DNA of 64,000 bases from Psammoneis japonica (lineage: Eukaryota): contig QPGO01000012.1 of assembly GCA_008632985.1 (NCBI GenBank), positions 744,001-808,000 of the forward strand. Reading direction: 5' to 3'. Every line of letters starts with the position of its first letter. Position 1 is the first letter of the stretch. Below, piece by piece: positions 23,324 to 34,440 of the stretch. The notes below the pieces were generated by a model. It had not been told where the DNA came from, ran no database searches, and saw nothing but the letters and a program-made list of their open reading frames with translations. A program made the translations under genes and the position numbers.

Positions 23324-24325
23324 TTACTTTTTCTTTTTACTCATCCTTTGTTCATCCGCATCCTCCATCCCGCGTTTGCATGCCTTCTTCACCTTCTTCT
23401 TCTCCTCTTCCTTCCGTTTTTCCTCAGCCTTGGCCCATCGTATCTGGCATTGTTTGATTTTCTTTAATCTCTTTGATTCAAGGAAATCAATGAACTTTTT
23501 GCGCCGGACCTCTTGGCAGATGCGGCGTCTAAAAACTGCCAGCTCAAACTGTTGATGCTCAAGGCATGAAGCATGCAACTGTGCGCCTGACATCCTCAAA
23601 TGCAGGCCATTCACCACATCCTCTCGGAGGAGCGGTTTTGCTGCAGACAAGTCAAAAACTGGCTCCCCACGATGGTTGTGTGTCTGCCTTGGATGCACCA
23701 GCAGATCACGCCTGAGTGCTTCCATTTCAAAGACTGATCTGTTTACATTGCATGACACTTGGGCCCTGTGGTCGATTGATTGCTCCTTGAACTGACAGAA
23801 TGGAACTTTGCGGAATTCTTCAATGTTTTTGTGTGCCATTTCCCATGCTTCTTTGGGAGTCATTTCATCGTCCGTCAGTGGTGGGATGCCGCTTTCCAAG
23901 TCTCCACGAACAATGATCCTTGCTTCACTGTTGGTCCAATCAATCCTTGGTTGCTTGACGGGTTCCAGTCCTGGGTGGGACTCCGAACATCAAATAAACG
24001 GCCAAGTTTGTGGTGCAATTGTGCCTCTTGCCACTCGACATTTTTGCAAGTGCGGCTGCCCCACGCAATTCTTAAGACATTGTAGAATCGCGCTGCAACA
24101 AAAAATGTCAAAAGTTGTTGGACGGATCGCTCAACAAGTGCACCACAAAATGACACAAAATTTCACAAAAGTCTCGTACAATTCTACGTGCGCGACATGC
24201 GGTGCGATCCAAAAAACTGTCGATGTCACAGTTCAGCAGTGCGAGGTCCCACCTAGAGCTGGAACGCGTCGCTTGGGCTTCTTGGGCTTCTTGCTCGGCG
24301 TGGGTGATGCCGACGGATTCATCAT
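23324..24325 (-). pseudogene. Transposon accessory ORF B (second-ORF type), interrupted by a MITE
   Basis: Removing 23957..24270 plus one TSD gives the continuous frame MMNPSASPTPSKKPKKPKQPRIDWTNSEAR...; two repeated (W/F)xxSxAxxxL/VxxD modules. Confidence 0.7.
23957..24270 (-). mobile_element. MITE (GACG...CGTC termini, 4-bp TSD GCTT), partly TpA-converted copy
   Basis: TIR GACGGGTTCCAGTCCTGGGTGGGAC and its inverted partner; GCTT at 23953..23956 and 24271..24274; reverse-complement homolog of 33262..33651 with an internal deletion. Confidence 0.9.
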
Positions 24326-24760
24326 CTTGCCGTTTCAATTTTTTGCGTTGAGCCGAGGATTCATGAGCGAAAAAGGCACAAAATCTCAAATCCATTGTTG
24401 TGTTCATCCTGAATAAAAATGTGTCGTTTTAATCCCGTCAAATCTATCGCAAAAAATGCATGGCGATGCATTGAGTTTACACGTCGCATCCAACATTGTA
24501 GAAGATTCTCGGTGTCCCACGGTGAGATTGCACGCGACTCTACACTCGCAGGGCCCTGCAGTAAATTCACAACTCATTGCCATTGCGAAATGTCCCGTAG
24601 AATTCGCAACTTCACTTTTAAAGATTTGCCCACCTTGCTTTGACACCACCATTGGCGAGACACACTTTGCACCAAGCGCTTCCATGATGAATGCCGGGTT
24701 TGGTCTTGGGCACATCGAGTGCTTGTTCAACTCTAACATGCTGCAGGATCATGTGTTGAC

Positions 24761-25414
24761 ATGCCTTGTGTCAAAAGTTTGGTGAGTTTTGAGGCTGCAC
24801 ACCGGTGCTTCGCAGGGAGCACACATGTGGCATGGAATCGCCTCGCATGCGCTCCACCCCATCTCCATGACGCCATGAATGGAGAAGGCAAATTAAAAAT
24901 AAAGCGTCGCAAAGATGTTCTTTCCCTCTGTCAAAAGATGCATGGCCTGGCACGGAACTTTGACGACAACACTGAAGAGTTTGGGGGACTAATTGACAAT
25001 GGACTGCCATGCCACCGCCCCGAGCATTTCTGCCATTTCTTGTTGATGCGGGCTGCTGATGGTGCCATGATGTTTGAAGATTGGATCCCAAACTCGATCA
25101 TCAGTGCTGAGGTGCGGGTTGCTTGTTTGACACTCATGTTGGATGAGCTGAACATTGAGTGCAATGACTGCTCGGATCCCCTTTTGTTTGAAGATTTTCC
25201 TCTTCCGTCAGTGGTGTTGATTGCATGTGGGCCTCGCGATTTGGATGCAAGCAGCCCTAGAATTCTCTCTGCCCTGCCCTGTTTTGACTGGGACTTTGGG
25301 ACGAGTTTTGATGGATTGATTTTCAATCTTGACACCCACGAAGTTTTTCATGGTGTTGTTTCGGGCAAGTTGTTTTTCGTCAACGAAAAAAGCATTGCAC
25401 TTCGCATGTTCTGA
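24761..25414 (+). pseudogene. Transposon cargo ORF C, unknown function
   Basis: 217-aa protein-like ORF within the TIRs; no Tyr, Cys/His-enriched. Confidence 0.4.
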
Positions 25415-25866
25415 AAGGGATTGTGGTGATGATGTGGATCAATGGTGTCTCAATTGTCTCAATGGAGCCAGGTGGGAAACTGTTGATGATGTTGGTCAGT
25501 GTCAGAGCTGTGTCGATGCCAGCAGTGGTGCTAGCAGCATTGTGCTGTGCCAGTGGTGTTGCTGACACCAGCAGCATTGTTGCCAAAGCCGGCATGAGAG
25601 CAACTTGCATTGCCAATTGCCGACACGCAGTGGCACCTGTCCGACACGATCCACATCTGTTCAAAACCAACGGACCATGTGCTTGCTGTCAATCATGATG
25701 CAACACAATTTTCCATCAATGCACATCATGTGTTTCCCAAATTTTAGCATGCTTGTTTTAGCGGGAATGGGATTGGCTGTCTCAACTGACAACTGGCGAA
25801 AATTTCAACTGCCGGAGCAACTCCGAGACTCCACAGCTGCTTTGCCAACATCTCACAATTCTCCAA

Positions 25867-27513
25867 ATGTCTGAACCTGCACTTGAGGATTGGGAGACAA
25901 AGCAATTGCTCCAAGAAGCAGAGAAGCTAAACACACCAAGAGACCAGATCTTGCACAGTCACCTGGCTTTTCGAAGTGCCGTTCTCGGCGGTGACAGAAG
26001 ACGTTTGTCCCAGAAGAAGTGGCCCCAATTCAAGTGTTCTACAATTGCTGCACATTGCAGCACGCTCTTGAAGCACAGTGTTGAGCCACCACCGTGCACT
26101 CTTTGCCTTTGCCAGGAATCCACTTCCTTAGATGCAGCACCCACCGAAGCACCAGCAGAGGATGCGGCACCGGCAGAGCATGCGGCACCAGCAGAAGACA
26201 CGGCACCGGCAGAGCATGCTGCAGCCGAAGCACCACCAAAGGAAGAACTCGAGGACGATGCTGAAGACGACAACCTCCTTCAAGGCATGAGCCGCCTTTT
26301 CAGCGCATCTGCCCCACCCCGTGGCCAGAATCCCCAACCGCCAGCCGCAGGAAGCCAACTGCCAGCCGTGGGAAGCCAACCGCCAGCCTTGGGAAGCCAA
26401 CCGCCAGCCTTGGGAAGCCCTCCATTGTCCATGGCATCCAACAGTGACACAAACAGTCCTCCTCCTGTGGGGGATCCGTCTCGTGGTGGCCGTGTCCATT
26501 TTGCTCCATCAACAAATGCCGCGAACCAGCACGGCCCACCCGCATTCTCTCCGGCAAGAGCCTGCAACTCTCCGGCAACGGCCTACAACCCCCCGGCAGC
26601 AGCCTGCAATGGCATGAGCCTTGCGCCAAATGCTGGCCATCTGCCAGCGAGTGGACACTCCTGTTCTGGGAACACATTGGAATCTTCGTTGGAATCCAGT
26701 GAGCAACACGTTTTGCTGTCGGGAATGTGGCAACACAACACACTCCCGAACTGGTTGTGTGAGAGCATGGGCGGCAGTGCCCACTCACCTTTTGTCATCA
26801 AGGTCAACCCTTCTGATGCAGAAAATCATCGAGAGTTTGCCATTCGCAAGCTCCGCCCCTTCTGTCACGGCACCTGCATGCGCTCAGGGTGTCACGTCCA
26901 GCACCCATGTGCATTTGAAGAAGACTGCAAATCTTTTCAAGCAAAACCTTTGGACAGCATCAACAACCTTCATTGCTGTGGAAATGTCCTTCCAGCATGT
27001 GAGGGGAGGAGCATCCTGGTCACAAGTGTGCTTCAGAGTGCATCAGTGGCTTGTCCAACCTGTCTTTACGATGGTCCCGCAGAGACCGCCGTTCAGCAAA
27101 TTGTCCGGCAAGCTGAGCCAATGACGATGAGTGAGACTCGCTGCAAACACACTCTTCTTCTTTTCCCTTTGAATTCAGAGCGATTGGATAATCGCACTCT
27201 TTCCACTGGACATGATTGCGTGATCGACCGCAAGGTGGTCCCTTTCGAAGAGAATGGCAACCCGCTTCCTGTCCAAGGGTGCTGTCGTCACCTGGACCAT
27301 TGCCGAAAAGGGGGGGATGGACATTGGGGGAGCTTGTCTCCCACAAAATGTTCAACGCCAAGTCCCACAAAATGCTCAACCGCCCAATCAATTCCGACGC
27401 CCCTTCTTTCTTTAGTTTCTCGGGAGCTTTTTTTCAACATCTTGAATTTTTCGATTTTATGTCTTACATCTATCCTCATCAATAACACACACACATGTTC
27501 ATATGATGTATAA
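25867..27513 (+). pseudogene. Transposon accessory ORF D with internal minisatellites
   Basis: 548-aa ORF from MSEPALEDWETKQLLQE; 18-bp (APAEDA/APAEHA) repeats at ~26137..26235, 21-bp (GSQPPAL) repeats at ~26338..26420, 24-bp duplication at ~27340..27385. Confidence 0.55.
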
Positions 27514-28033
27514 ACAAACCGATATTAACCGTCCTAATACTTGTGTACGTGTGTGCATTATACATTTATTTTTCGCACTTTGTACTTTGTACTGCGGTCG
27601 ACATAAGTGAAATGTCCAAATTTCTTGCTTTCGATGCTGATTGGCGTTGGATTGGCCGTTGGATTGATCGCCAATCGCCAACTTTGTCTCACTTTGTCTA
27701 GCTTCGCCAAAAATTCATATATGTGAATCGCATAAATCCCTAAATAACTTAATGCCATTGGCGATTTTGGCGATGTTGTCAAAATGTGAAAAAAAACTGG
27801 CGATAAATGATCATTTAACGAAGTCATCCAATGAACAAAAAAGACCGCATTAATGTACCTAATTCACGATGCTTTTTTTCTACGCGCGAGGCGACACAGT
27901 GTGGTTCAGCCCATAACCTCAAAAATGTGACTGGACTCGTGCGAATGAAACTCAGAACAACACCATGGCGGCATGGCTCCATTCATGAATACACTGTCAC
28001 TGGGACAATGTCACAGGGGTAAGAGCATTGACA

Positions 28034-29053
28034 CAAGGTAATTCGAATATGGCGAGTATGATGGTGTTTTGTTTTTGTTGGTATCTTCAAAAGGTTTTGA
28101 GTTTCTTTTGCATTTGTGTGGGCAGGGTGGTTGTTGTTTTCTCCGAAACTTGACTCTAGTCATTAATCGGCCATCAGTGGGACGACATTTTGGCGTCAAT
28201 AATGTTGGTACAAGGTAATTCGAATACGATGAGTTTGGTGGTGTAGTTGTTTTGTTGGCATCTTCTAAAGGTTTCGTGTTTTTTTGGCATTTGGGTCGAC
28301 ATGGTGGTTTTTTGTTTTCTCCGGTCGTTGGTTGCCGATTGCTTGTGGGGCTAGAAACGATGTAGTGAACTGTAAAAGGGCATCCAGTGTTGCTTTCGAC
28401 TGTCATGACGAGACACATGCTTGAGCCATTGCAACGTGCAGTCTTGGTGGTGCAGTGAGAGGCCGGAACACAACTTTTTTTTTCGCTCTTTGGTTCTCTG
28501 TCGGCAGTTGCTGGACGCTTGTGGGGCTAGAAACGGTGCAGAATATTTTGACAGTGCATCCAACATTGCTTTGGATTGTCATGACGTGATGCGTGTTTGA
28601 CCCATTGCAATTTGCGTCCTTGGTGGCACAAGGAGAGGCCGGAACTTGGCTTTTTTGGGCGCACTGGGTCGTCAAGGTGAGGGGGTGGTGGTCGCTCGTG
28701 GGGCTAGAAACGATGCAGAATGACAAAACAGGGTGTCAAACATCACTCTGTGTCGTTATGACAACACACACGTGCAATCTACTGCAATTTGCGGTCTTGG
28801 AGCTATGGAAAGAGGCCGGAACACTGCAGGTTTTGTGCACACTTGGTCGTTGTTGCCGGAGGTGGCGGGTCGCTCGTGGGGCTAGAAACGACACAGAATG
28901 TCATGACAGGGCATCCATCATTGCTTTGGATCGTTATGATGAGACACACATTCGATCTTCTGCAATTTGCAGTCTTGGAGGTACAGCAAGAGGCCGTGAC
29001 ACTGCACATTTTGGACACGCTCGGTCGTTGATGTCGGAGGTGGCGGGTCGCTC
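28034..29053. repeat. Tandem array with ~177-bp period
   Basis: GTGGGGCTAGAAACG at 28345, 28521, 28698 and 28876 (spacings 176, 177, 178); CAAGGTAATTCGAATA at 28034 and 28211 (spacing 177). Confidence 0.85.
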
Positions 29054-32000
29054 CCAGTGTCTAAGGAAATTGTAAACACAGCATGGCACAGTTTTCATTG
29101 CATAGATAATTGAAATGTTGTTTACAGCAAATGTTACAACTAATTAGTCACAAAGAAAGCAATGGGAATGACTCACTGGCGGTCTTTCTCTGCTGACGGT
29201 TTTGCTGATTCCTTGTCTGCAGGAGCCTTCAACAGAGAAATAGAAGATGCATTGTTCACTTCTCTAAGGATTCGGCTGGATGCCTTCCTGCCTCTTGTTT
29301 CTGACACAGCTGTGGCCTTGATGGATCAATGGGATCTCCTTTGAGGAAGTCACGACAGTGTGGCGCGGTGGAGGTGTCACCATGCCCAGAGTCTTGGCGG
29401 CTCAAAGCTTCACTGCAACAAATTTCCATTGGCCAATGGGCCTCTTTTCCAACTCAGAGAATGGGAAGTAAAGGACATTCATCCATTTCTGCTCACATTC
29501 CAGCATCATACCGTCTTCCGCAACGCCGACTTGATCGAGAAGATGAGAGGCGCCAGAGCACTCGTCTCGAGCTTTTTCACCAGTGTTGAGACTGGGAACC
29601 ACTTCTTTCCACCTGAAATGTTTTATGTCGATTAGGTTCTAGGACATGAGTGACAAAGACTCGAATACCGGTGTTAATGTCCCTTTTGAGGGCTTCCAGG
29701 TTATTGTTGGCGGCTGCCTTCGGAGCTGCTGGGATGCCCAAAGTGGAGTTGTCATTTCCCGTCTCCTGCATGACATGACAGCGATGTTTTTGCACACATT
29801 GTTAGCAATGGCATGTGACATCAACAATGCGCCGAAACATCGGCGTTGAACACATTACTTTCGACAAACGACATCGTCAACAGCAGCGGCACTCACCATT
29901 TTGTTTTGTCGCGGTGAAAGTGTGGAAAAATTAGTTTTTTGCGTTGGCCTGCAGCAGTGATATATACTATATATACATTAATATCTGTGGTACAACGTTA
30001 ATATTTCTACGCTACTATGTCGCCGAAATAAGCACCGTGAATTGTCGTATGACAATACGAAATGTCGCATTTGTCCTTGTTGGAGACATTTTCGTGAGTG
30101 TTCCTGGCGGTCTGGGATGGGGAGCTGTGCTGGAAAAAACGTCTTGCATCGTTTCGCGCGTTTTTTCGGTGAAAAACACGAGCAGACAACGACTGCATGT
30201 TACCGCACCGGCACCACATGCCGACGAATCGTAAGCCGAAGATTGAGCCGAGTTGTGCATTTCACACGAACAACTAGTTGCACTAAGACCATTGTCTAAA
30301 GCAGCATTTTCTCATGCTAATCAGTTGCTGACAACCCCAAATCCTAATCTGTGCATTGAGTCAAATGCATGTGCATCCCATCCACGACGCTCGCGGAGCG
30401 GCCACCGCTGCGTAGAAATGGCATTTTGTACTGTGACGTCATCTTGCACGTAGATTCTACGGCAGTACTGAAAAGCCGCTCCTTCCTTCTTTTTTTTGGG
30501 CCGAAATTCAGATCTGCCTCCCACAATTCACAGTACAAAAAATGCGTAAAAGTTACGGAACGAAAATGGTGAGTCGCCGTTCATCGGTAAGAACGTTACT
30601 GCTTGCATTCTTGGGTCAACATTCGCAATGTTTCAATTGTATCTCATCATTTACTTACATGTCTGTCGTTCTATGTAAAAACATTGCGAATCTTGGGACT
30701 TACAGAGCGAAAAAAAGACTTTTGCTGCCGCCCACTTGTTTCACCCGATGTCGCTGCTTCCGACAACTTCAGGCGACGTTCTCAAGGTTCAACATTGAAG
30801 GTGCGGCATAGGATAACGTTCATTCGTCGATATTTATGATCGAGATGAAGGAGAAAATATCCTGACTGTTGTGGGAGGTGATGCTGAGCTGAAAACAAGA
30901 GCTCATCCAAATGTGCATCCGTCGCCTTGGTCCTGTCGCAACCGCCTGATCGACTCAGAATGCCAAGAAATTCATGAGGAGGGGTTGTTCAAGGAATTAG
31001 AGAGCCCCTTCATGTAATAAAGGAAGCTACTATGGGCAAGACAAGGAAACAAAAGAGCAATTCAAGGACGTGAGAACCCGCAAGCTGGTGGACCCACAAA
31101 TCTGCCAATCTACCACCGGAGACAATTTGCAATGTAGGAGACGACTCCTAGTTTTAACTAGCAATTATAAGCACTAGTCCATGCTAATTTATCATATTAC
31201 TCATTGATAATTCTATTCTCATCATTGCAGTAGTGATTTCTAGCGCTTGGAGCCTTCAAGAGAGAACTGCTTGCGCTCACCAAGTTCCGGATCAAATCCA
31301 CTTTTGGGCTTCAATGGCACTTATTGTTTTTGTTGACTCTTGCCACTACTCATATTCAATGTCCTTCTATGTAGTGGATGCTTCCTGGACTATTGTTAAG
31401 CCTTAAATCTACATTATTAACAAACTACGCATCGTTCCGTGCACTCAAAATGATGAAAATGTGTGTCCGTAAAAAGGGTTCCGGCCAGCTATCGTCAATT
31501 ACCAGTCACTGGTAGTATTTTCTACAGTTTGATCCCGATCTTAAGAAGCATTGACCGCATAAAAAAGCATCTTTGCAGACAATATGAACAATTTAAGCTG
31601 TGCTCCGCATCGATTTGGTTGGAGCTGGTACATTCACAGGATCAGAGGTCCAACTGCTTACGGCTCCTCAGGAACTCGCATGGATTCTTGACTTCTGACA
31701 ACCACCCAGGATCGTCTCATTTAGGCATAGAGGGAGGAGTATGAGGCGTAGGTTGAAACTTTTGGATGGTTTAATGTAGACATTGAGCCGATTTGATTGT
31801 CGAAAATGATCGTGACAGCAAGGATTGCCGCGCTTGCTTTTGTTTTTGACACGGAAAACACTGCCAAAGAAAGAGCTTGTGACTTTCTATGTCACCTTTA
31901 TCGAATATATCGTCCAAGTCATGGGTACCTGCATAATACATTCCACTGTACACCTTCAAAACATTTGCTGTCGTGTCGGATGCAGAAGACACAAAGAAAC

Positions 32001-32354
32001 TGAGTGAAAAGTTCAGATGACGATTAAAGGCATCAAATGAAGATTTCTTGCTTTATTACCCTTACCTTATGATCAAAATGAGGTTTTAACATACTATCCA
32101 GGTGTTTCTTACACTTGGTGTTAAATATTGCCGCCGCCGCAACCGATCTCATGGTCGACTTGAGTTGCGTCGCGTGTCTGCGTTTTGGATGAAGAAACAT
32201 TGATTTTATGGGTTATGAGCGTTTTGTCGAAAATCACAGCGATGGCCGCGCGGACGTGGCCCAAAAGCGTCGTGCATCCGCGCCAACATGAAGGCTCCTG
32301 ATTGTCACCAATGAGTCCAAGACCGCCGCCTGCAGCATCAGGCTCGGTCTACAG

Positions 32355-33169
32355 GTGAACCGCGCCGGATCGGATCGACGGATCGGATCGCGTCAGAATT
32401 CTGTTAGTCGACAGGTGGAACCGGATCGGATCGCGGATCGGATTCGACATTTCGATGAGTCGCAAAACGACATAAGTTTTAAGATTCCAAACTCCCAAGA
32501 ACAACAAACTGACAACAGCGAACAACAAGAAGTGAGGCCATGATGCTTCACATCTTGTCATAACGAGACGATATGACGACAGAACTACGCTGTTATTACT
32601 GCTTTACATTCTTACTTGACCATATCATTGAACATCGTTGTCACTCAGTATTTGCAGCAACGCTAAGGAAGAAAAAGCTATCACTTTTGTAATTAAGAAA
32701 CTGACGCTATGTTTTCGTATTGAAATTTCGAATTACATAATAAATACTTGTTATTTTGCTTATTCAATGTTTCTCCAACAAATCTTTACGGTGTTATCGG
32801 TTTGACAAGCTATTCTGTTGCCATACGACCTTTTACATCTCCATTTCAAGCATGGGAAGACTTAGGCTGTAATGCTAAGGAAGTTATGTGCCCTTATGGC
32901 TGAATCTTATGCCGCCCTGTGTCACAATCGTGTGATGTTGCGCCATTGTCGTGATGACGGCACGGAATCTTCCAAATTCGATCCGACATCCGATCCGGAT
33001 TTTCGGATCGGACGGTCTTCGGAGCAAAATATTTTGCTCCGAAGACCGTCCGATCCGAGATGGCGGATCAGTCCCACGAAGGCCACGGATCGACTTTTTG
33101 ACTCGATGGACTAACATTTTAATGGGTATGAAGGAGTCGATCCGGCGATCCGATCCGGCTCGGCTTGAC
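32355..33169. mobile_element. Non-autonomous element with GGATC-repeat TIRs
   Basis: Left GTGAACCGCGCCGGATCGGATCGACGGATCG versus right reverse complement GTCAAGCCGAGCCGGATCGGATCGCCGGATCG; AT-rich centre; no TSD identified. Confidence 0.65.
33003..33058. repeat. Perfect 56-bp spacerless palindrome
   Basis: TCGGATCGGACGGTCTTCGGAGCAAAAT followed directly by ATTTTGCTCCGAAGACCGTCCGATCCGA. Confidence 0.95.
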
Positions 33170-33261
33170 TTTTGGATTCTCCATCGCGCAGCATGTCGAA
33201 TCTTCCGACTTGAGGTCCACATTATGAATGATCCTGGACCCATCGCGCCCACCCAACAAAT

Positions 33262-33651
33262 GACGCGTTCCAGGTCTAGGTGGGACCTCGTACTGCTGAA
33301 CTGTGACATCGATAGTTTTTTGAATCACGTCGTATGTCGCGCACGTAGATTTCTACGTGATTTTTTCGATATTTTGTGTCATTTTACGGTACACTTATTG
33401 AGCGATCCGTCCAACAACTTTTGACATTTTTTGTTACAGCGCGATTCTATAATGTCTTAAGAATCGCGTAGGGCAGGCGCATTTGCAAAAACGTCGAGTG
33501 GCAAGAGGCATAATTGTACCACAAACTTGGCAGTTTATTTGATGTTGAAGATAAATGTATCCATTAATTAAATTCTCGTACTACGGAGCTCGCACGTAGA
33601 ATTCTACGGGCCCAATGTCACACGGAGTCCCACCTAGGACTGGAACCCGTC
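33262..33651 (+). mobile_element. MITE (GACG...CGTC termini, 4-bp TSD AAAT), essentially unconverted copy
   Basis: TIR GACGCGTTCCAGGTCTAGGTGGGAC versus right reverse complement GACGGGTTCCAGTCCTAGGTGGGAC; AAAT at 33258..33261 and 33652..33655; TpA-rich. Confidence 0.9.
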
Positions 33652-34151
33652 AAATGGACCTTGTTGATTTTCCCAGAGACCTGGATTGGCGAGGGAACGA
33701 TGGCCGTGGAAGACAGGACCTCAGAGTCAGACTGCCTCGTTGAAGCCAGCTCATCCGAAAGAGCTTCAAGGCACTTGTGCATGTCACGCAGTTCATCATC
33801 GCCACCACCCATGTCCGTGGAGTGCTGAGGCCATTGGGAGACGCAACTGAGCATCATTCCATTGCCCACAACAGACAGCTGAATGCCAGAAAGGTCCGTG
33901 GTGCAAACACCAGATGGAGCCACAACAAACAACATGACGTGATTGGTCTTGGTGACAGAATCCTTGCAAGTGGCTTGCAAGACCATGGGCTTGAAGCTCT
34001 TCTCCAACCCCCTCCTTGCCCACCACCACGCCCCTCCACCACAAGAGCAACACCAGCTCCATTCATGATGCCAGTGGCATCATTGTTGTTGGCAGGAGTT
34101 GGAGCCGACATGTTCATCTGACGAGTGCTGTCCAGGCCGCTGGAGAACAGC

Positions 34152-34427
34152 TGACAGGATTTGAACAGGATTTGGATGCGCGCGAAGTGTCGCGCGCTGT
34201 TTAGTTTACCGCGCACAGTTTTGTGTGCTTTAGTTCCGCGCGTTCACGCGCGATGTAGTTTGCTTTCGAGCCACAAGGCTCACAAGAATGATGACAGCAG
34301 CCCGATCACACCGACTTGCCCGTCTTTCGGCTCCTGCAACGGTCTCTGAGCGGAGACTCATCTGCCATTTAGACAGCAGTGAGGAGTCATTGTTTGAATT
34401 CTTGCCATTTGCCTTCAATTTCTGTCA
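34152..34427 (+). repeat. 5' LTR
   Basis: TGACAGG...TTCTGTCA; 14 transition differences from the 3' LTR. Confidence 0.95.
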
Positions 34428-34440
34428 GATTAACAGTCTT
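34428..34440 (+). promoter_or_regulatory. Putative primer-binding site complementary to the tRNA-Asn(GUU) anticodon arm
   Basis: GATTAACAGTC directly after the LTR is the reverse complement of GA-CTGTTAA-TC; no TGG (CCA-complementary) start. Confidence 0.6.

Larger units (their letters stand above)
21057..27825. mobile_element. Multi-ORF PIF/Harbinger-like (PHIS) DNA transposon
   Basis: Imperfect TIRs of ~90 bp sharing ATCATTTATCGCCA and TCGCCAAAATCGCCAATGGC; subterminal GTGAGACAAA repeats at both ends; GACT...AGTC termini flanked by AT; internal DDE transposase. Confidence 0.8.
20957..30104. mobile_element. Outer TIR-bounded DNA element (~9.1 kb) hosting a nested transposon and a tandem array
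   Basis: ~64-bp imperfect inverted repeats GGAACACTnACGAAAATGTCnCCAA...GACATTTnGTATTnTCnTACGACAAT at 20957..21020 and ~30041..30104; no TSD found. Confidence 0.6.

Noticed and set aside
28034..29053. CRISPR array
   Set aside because: Whole 177-bp units are homologous with no unique spacers; eukaryotic context; no cas genes
30540..32340. Possible genes (ATG|GTGAGT at 30566; ORF fragments at 31463..32007)
   Set aside because: Multiple stops and no recognisable domain; cannot support a call
33003..33058. Protelomerase (telRL-like) site
   Set aside because: Only the length is reminiscent; no sequence resemblance that I can support and no protelomerase gene nearby
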